Shown in pieces: positions 58,615 through 64,000 of a stretch of 64,000 bases of DNA. The first letter of the stretch is position 1; every line of letters begins with the position of its first letter. The notes beneath the pieces were generated by a model. The model had not been told where the DNA came from. It saw only the letters and a program-made list of their open reading frames with translations, and did not search any database. Origin of the DNA: Prasinococcaceae sp. CCMP 1430 (taxonomy: Eukaryota; Plantae; Prasinodermophyta); NCBI GenBank assembly GCA_013416795.1, contig RQSC01000015.1, positions 260,445-324,444 of the forward strand, read 5' to 3'. A program made the translations under genes and the position numbers.

Positions 58615-61600
58615 GCGAGCTGCGCGAGCGCAGTCTGCTGCGCCTGCGCGGAGGACTGCAACAGCGTCGCGAGCGCGGCTTGGTCGACGGCGGGTGCATC
58701 AGCTCCCTCGGCGGCGGATACTCCTGGCTGCTGCATCTGCTGCATCTGCGCCTGAAGCTGCGCGTACTGTTGAATGGCCTGCAGTTGCTGCATTTGCGCC
58801 TGCTGCGACTGCAGCACACTCGCCAGCAGCGCGGCGTTTCCGCTGCCCGCGCTGGCCGCTGCGCCTTGTGCGCCACCACCGCCGTACATGGCTGCTGCCA
58901 TGCCCGCGAGCGCCTGCTGCTGTTGGAGCATCATCATCGGATTGGTGCCACCGCTCACGCCGAGCCCAGCGAGCCCGGGCATGGCCTGCATCGCCTGCAT
59001 GGCCGCAACCTGCTGCTGGAGGAGCTGCTGCTGCAGCTGCACCTGTTGCTGCTGCATCAGAGCGTCCTGCGCCTGCTGCGGTTGCTTGGCGTCCGCGCCA
59101 GCGTTGCCTGCGGCCGCCCCCGCCGGCCCTTTCGCGCCGGCCGCCGCCTTGCCTTTGCCAGCGTCGCCGCCGGCCTTGGTCGCCGCCGCCGCGGCCGCCA
59201 TCGCGTCGAGCCCCAGCTTGGACTTATAGTTCTGGTAGTAGTTTTTGATCTGGGAGAGCGTTCGGCCGGGGAGGTTGGTCTGCAGCGCATCCCAGTCGCG
59301 CCCGTACTCGGAGACGCAGCGCGAGAAGACGTCCTTCTCGGCGGGTGTCCACGGGCTCGCGCGCCCTGAGGCGGGCGCGCCGCCCTCCTTGCCACCCGCG
59401 CCCTTGCGCCGCTTGGCACTGCCGTCCTTGCCGCTCCCGCCGCCGGGCGCAGCCTCGCCCTGCGTGGTGCCCGCATCTTCGACGGCGGCATTCCCATCAT
59501 CGCCCTTGGGCTTGGCGTCTGCCTCTTCTCCGTCGTCGCCCTCTTCTTCTTCGCCCTCATCCATGTCCTCGTCGTCGTCCTTGTCCGAAGCGTCCGCCGC
59601 CGCGCCCGCCTTCTTCGCGGCCGCCTTGTCCGCCCGCACCTTCTTCGAGCCCGCCGCGGCAGCCTGCTCGAGGCCCAGGCTGCGATCGCTCCTGTACTTG
59701 TTGAAGAAGGCCTTGCACTGCACTCCCGTGTGGTTGCCAACGAGGCGCGCGATGGCGCTCCACTTTCGCCCGTTGTCAATCAGCGCGGCCTTCAGGGCCT
59801 GCGCTTCCTTTTCGGTCCACTTGTCCTTCTCGTCCTTGCCGGTGCGGAGCTTCTCCTTGCGCGAGGTGGGCTTGTTCCCCTCCTTCGCACCCTCCTTCGC
59901 ACCCTGACCACGCCCGCGACTCCGGGCCCCATCCGCGGGCTCCTTCCCCTTGTTCTTGCCCTTGCCGCCGCCGCTCGAGTCGTCGTCCTTGCCATGCTTG
60001 GAGGACGCCGGCGCGCGCCCGCGGCCTGTGCCCCCGCCGCCGGCCGCCGAGCCCAAAAAGGCGCTGTTGTCCTTGTTGGCCGCCGCGCTGCGCTTTTTGA
60101 GGTTCTGCTTGCGCCGCACGAGGTCGAACTCCCGCTTGCGCTTGTGCGTGAAGTAGTAGAAGACGCAGTCGCCGGTGGTGCGGTTCTCGAGGAACGTGGC
60201 GATGCGGTGAAAGTTCTTGGGGAACTGGAGGAACTTTTCTGCGAAGATCTTCTTCTCGCGGTCCGTCCAGGGGCGCGTGCGCTTGCGGTCCTCCTCATCC
60301 TGCACGGGGTCGCGGATCAGACCGTTCTTCGTGTCGAAGCGGGTCACGCGCTTCTCCTCCTCGGTCACCAGCATGGGCGGTAGGCGCACCAGCGTGCGCA
60401 GCCGCTCCTGCGCGGCGAGCTGCTGCAGCACCTGCTGCTCCTCGTACTCGCTGCGCACGGCGCCCATGGTGAGCATGTTGGAACGCAAGCGCGAGCTCGA
60501 GCGGGAGGGGGTGCGCTCCGGCTTCATCCCGCGGCGCCCGCCTGCAGCCTCCTTGGCGGCGGCAGCCGCGCGCGCGGCCTCCTTCGCGGCCTCGGCCTTG
60601 AGCTGCTCGTTAAGGTTCGTGCGGATCCTGACCTTCCACTGCTCCTGCAGCTTGCGGTACTGAAGCGCGAGCTCCACGCGCCGCCCGCGGATGGCGGCCA
60701 CGCGCGCGGACACCACGCGCTCCATGGCCAGCGCCTTGGCAGCGGGCAGCGGCGCGGGCGGCGGGAAGCTGCCGTCCGGGCCGGGCCTTGGTGCGCCCTT
60801 CGCGCCGTTGCGCGGCGCAGGTGGCGCCCCCAGCGCGGTGTCGAGCGCGGCTTGTGCGCGCGAGGCAGCGCTTTTGTTCTCCGAAAGCACCGAGGCGATG
60901 GTCCGGCGGCGCTGCTCGTCGTGTGCACGACGCGAGGCAGCGTCGCGCGCGCGCGCCGTGAGCGCCGCCTTCTGCAGTTTGGCCTCAATCGCCAGGCGCT
61001 TCGCTTCGGCCTCGCGCTCGCGCTCGGCAATCTTCAGCTTCTCCTCAGCCGCCAGCCGGTCCTCCTCGGCATTCAAGGCGTCCTGCAGCTCTTTGCGCGT
61101 CGCCTCTCGCGCGTTCTTGGCTGCCTCGGCCGCTTCCTCGGCCTTGCGCTGCGCCTCCGCTCGCAGCGTGGCCAGGCGCTTCTCCTGGCGCTCGAGTTTC
61201 GAGTCGATGACCATCATGTCCGCCAGGATGGCGTTTTTGGTGGGCGCGCTGGGCGGCGGGGGCGTCTCGGCCGGCGTCTCGGCCTTCGCAGTTGCCGCGA
61301 CGGGAGTCGCGGCGGACATCCCGGCAGGGCGCGATGCGGATGCCGGCGTGGCACCGGGCGCCACCGCGCGCGGAGAGTGGGCGCTCACCGCGCCTGCGGG
61401 TCGCGCGCTCGCCGGAGTCGCCGCCAGCGACGGCCCGCTTTTCCCGTTTTTTTTATCGAGTTTTGTGTGACCGAACCCTTCGACGCGCGCCCTCCTGCGC
61501 CCGCCGCGGCCGCGGACGGGGTCCCCGCACTTGCGTTCGCGGGCTTGGGCGCCTGCGCAGGAGTCGCGTGCTGCGCGCCGTCGGCCGCGGCCTTGGGAGC

Positions 61601-62554
61601 CTCGTCTTGCGCAGCGCCGTCCCCGACGGCCGCGCCGGCGTCGGCCTCGGCGCCGCTGGTAAGCTCCCTGCGAGCCAGCACAGCCTGACCCTCGGGAGGG
61701 CCCTTGAGGCCGCTGGCCTGCCTCTCGAACTTGACCAGGCCTTGGCCCCACCCGAGCTTCTTGCGCTTGGGGGTCGGCTCGTCCTCGTCACTCGCGGTGA
61801 TGGCGCCCGAGCCCGCCGTGGGTGTGGTGGCCACTGGCGGGGGCCTGGGAGCTGGCGCCGCAGCGCCTGCGCCCGCCTCTGATGCGGGGCCGGCTGAAGC
61901 GCTGAGATTCCTTGGCGCGGAGGCGTCCGCCGAGCCCAGTTGATTGGGAGTGAGGGAGGTCTTGTTGGTCTTGGGCGACATCAACCCCCTCACCGCTGGC
62001 GTCTCCTGCCTTGCCAGCGACGGGCTGGGCGCGGCGGCGGCGCGCTTGCGCTTCTCCGCCTCCGAGGCTTCGCCTTCGCCAGCGCCGCCCTCGTTTCGCT
62101 TCGCCGCGGCGGCCGCGGCGACGGCCGCAGCGGCACCAGCCGCGGCGGCGGCGGCGGGCGTCGCCGAGCTTTGCCGCGAGCCTAGGCCTCCGCCCACCGC
62201 GCCCATCCCGCCAGCGCCGACGTTCGAGGGCCGCCGCATGTCGGGCCTTCCTCGTTCGTCCATGCCCAGGCTCGGGCCGCGGCCGGGTCCCGGTGGCGCG
62301 TGCGGGCCCCCGCCTGGCGGACCGTACCGGCCTTGGGGCCCCTGCGGCAGCGTGCCGTAGCGATCGCGCGGCTCGGGCCCGCGGTGCATCGGCAGGCCGT
62401 ACCCGCCGCCGCGCCCGTCGCTCGCCCTGCCCATGTCACCGCCTCGAAAGTCGTCGCCGCGGTACGGCGGCGGCCCGCCCGCACCCCAGCTGCCTTGCCG
62501 CATGGGCGGGCCGCGCGGCGCCGCGCGCCCGTGCCCGTAGAACGGCGGCGGCAT
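58524..62554 (-). CDS. PWR: POWERDRESS/N-CoR/Snt1-like SANT co-repressor; frame break at the A8 run 61447..61454
   Basis: KRKKLGWGQGLVKFE, GAVRSEYEEQQVL, SANT WTDREKKIFAEKFLQFPKNFHRIATFL..CVFYY, two further SANT repeats and a Gln-rich tail. Confidence 0.85.
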
Positions 62555-62599
62555 CCCGCCGCGGGAGACGGGAGTTCCTCTCGCGGCTCCGTCCTCTGC

Positions 62600-63244
62600 G
62601 GGCGAGCACACTGCCGGCAGCGCCTCTGCGAAGGACGGCTCCAACCTCGGCACTGGCCACTTCTCTGCACCGCCGGCCTTGTCGATGCGCGCCAGCGTGT
62701 CGGCAGCTCGAGCGCAGCCAGTGAGAGCCATGCGCAGCGGCGCGAGGCGCTCCTCCGCACAGCGCCTGAGCACGCTACCGTACGCGTGCGTGACTTGCGT
62801 TGAGAGCGACGCGCGCTCTCGCTCATTCATCGTGTCCTCCCATCCAAGTTCGATTGCCACGCGCAGGCCCGCCGCGCCGCCGTCAGACCACGGGGCCGCG
62901 AGCGTCTCCTTGACTAGCCTCCGCCTCTCGCGTGCGGCATGTCGAGCAGATGTGGCCGCGTATCGCGCGGCCCTCTCCTGCGCATCCTCTGTGTCGCCGC
63001 GCTCGCGGCGCGCAGCGACGTCTGAGCGCCGAGCCGCCGCGGCGTCGCGCGCCGTGATGCGCCGCCGCTCACGCGTCGCGCGCCGCGCCTTCTCCCGCGC
63101 CGCCAAGCGCGCCTCGCGCCTCCCCGCGCTCGCCGAGGCCTCGGCGCCTGGCCTGTCTGCCGCGCCTCTCGTGCCGCCCGTGTCATGGCCATCACCATCA
63201 CAATCACCCGCGGCGACAGCAGCGTCCATCGGCGTGTGGGCCAT
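62600..63244 (-). CDS. TRM10: TRM10-like tRNA m1G9 methyltransferase, N-terminal half only, running in frame into the PWR-like ORF
   Basis: Basic N-terminal region, then LRVAIELGWEDTMNERERASLSTQVTHAYG..RR..PLRMALTG..KW. No LxYLTxDS or GGLVD motif. Confidence 0.75.
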
Positions 63245-64000
63245 GCGCTGAGCGGGTGCGGCGCTGGGTGGGACGCCCGGTCGGGGGGCAGAGAGAGTGT
63301 GGGCGAAACGAAGGGGGGTGGGGGGGGGGGGGGNNNNNNNNNNNNNNNNNNNNNNNNNNNNNNNNNNNNNNNNNNNNNNNNNNNNNNNNNNNNNNNNNNN
63401 NNNNNNNNNNNNNNNNNNNNNNNNNNNNNNNNNNNNNNNNNNNNNNNNNNNNNNNNNNNNNNNNNNNNNNNNNNNNNNNNNNNNNNNNNNNNNNNNNNNN
63501 NNNNNNNNNNNNNNNNNNNNNNNNNNNNNNNNNNNNNNNNNNNNNNNNNNNNNNNNNNNNNNNNNNNNNNNNGCTGGCCGCGCCCGCCTCGCCTCGCCCC
63601 GCGCGCGCTGCACTCGCGCTCGCGCGGCGCGCGCGACCGTACCCAAACCGCGCCCCTCGTGCTCCCGCGTCGAATGAATTAGCGCTCATGAGGGCTGCAG
63701 ACCCTACAACACTTTCACCTGAAGTGCGCGCGGTTGTCGGGGCCACTCAGCGCGCGCGCGCGAATACCGAGGCCGCGCAAAAATCCGGTCGACGCGGTGC
63801 GGGGGTGCGAGAGGGGGTGGGATGGAAGCATTTGCGCGCGCGATGAATGTACTAACGGGAGAGTTTGTGCGGCGTATCGCGGCGCGCGCGCGCTGGGGCC
63901 CAACCGAAAGGCGCGCGCTGCGCCGTGAAAAAGTGCGCTAATTGGCGCGCGCGCGTGCGCGCGCGCGCGCGCGCGCGCCGGGCGGCGTTTCGCGGTTTGG

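Noticed and set aside
48666-63582. Both large gaps are followed by GCTGGCCGCG
   Set aside because: Only 10 bp of GC-rich identity; chance or a sequencing drop-out motif, with no repeat structure.

Overview
Eukaryotic nuclear DNA from a compact, very GC-rich green alga (prasinophyte-grade; species not determinable from sequence). Evidence: an Lhca gene, a plastid-type uL13 exon, trifunctional RHM, and short introns mostly of 100-300 bp with GTGCG donors and GCTGAC-like branch points. About 30 densely packed genes or gene fragments: proline iminopeptidase, TIGR04283-like GT2, RluA, DUF789, RHM, sulfotransferase, ABCG, TMEM237-like, TBCD, CLPTM1, At5g58100-like, adenylate kinase, RPL26, DnaJ, RACK1, RPS12, TFIIIC90-like, RMP1/NEPRO-like, ILP1/PAXBP1, Lhca, F-box/WD40, GW2/DA2, uL13, PWR/N-CoR-like and TRM10. 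No rRNA, tRNA, CRISPR or clear transposon was seen. The main oddities are three conserved genes each missing a large conserved part (TBCD, uL13, TRM10); TRM10 running in frame into a N-CoR-like gene; a small ORF head-to-head with TBCD sharing a CATG palindrome; a coding-like antisense ORF inside the RPL26 intron; and a possible glycan/arsenosugar neighbourhood. Several of these could be assembly artefacts: the window has N gaps and frame breaks at homopolymers. All family assignments are from recalled motifs; no database search was run.
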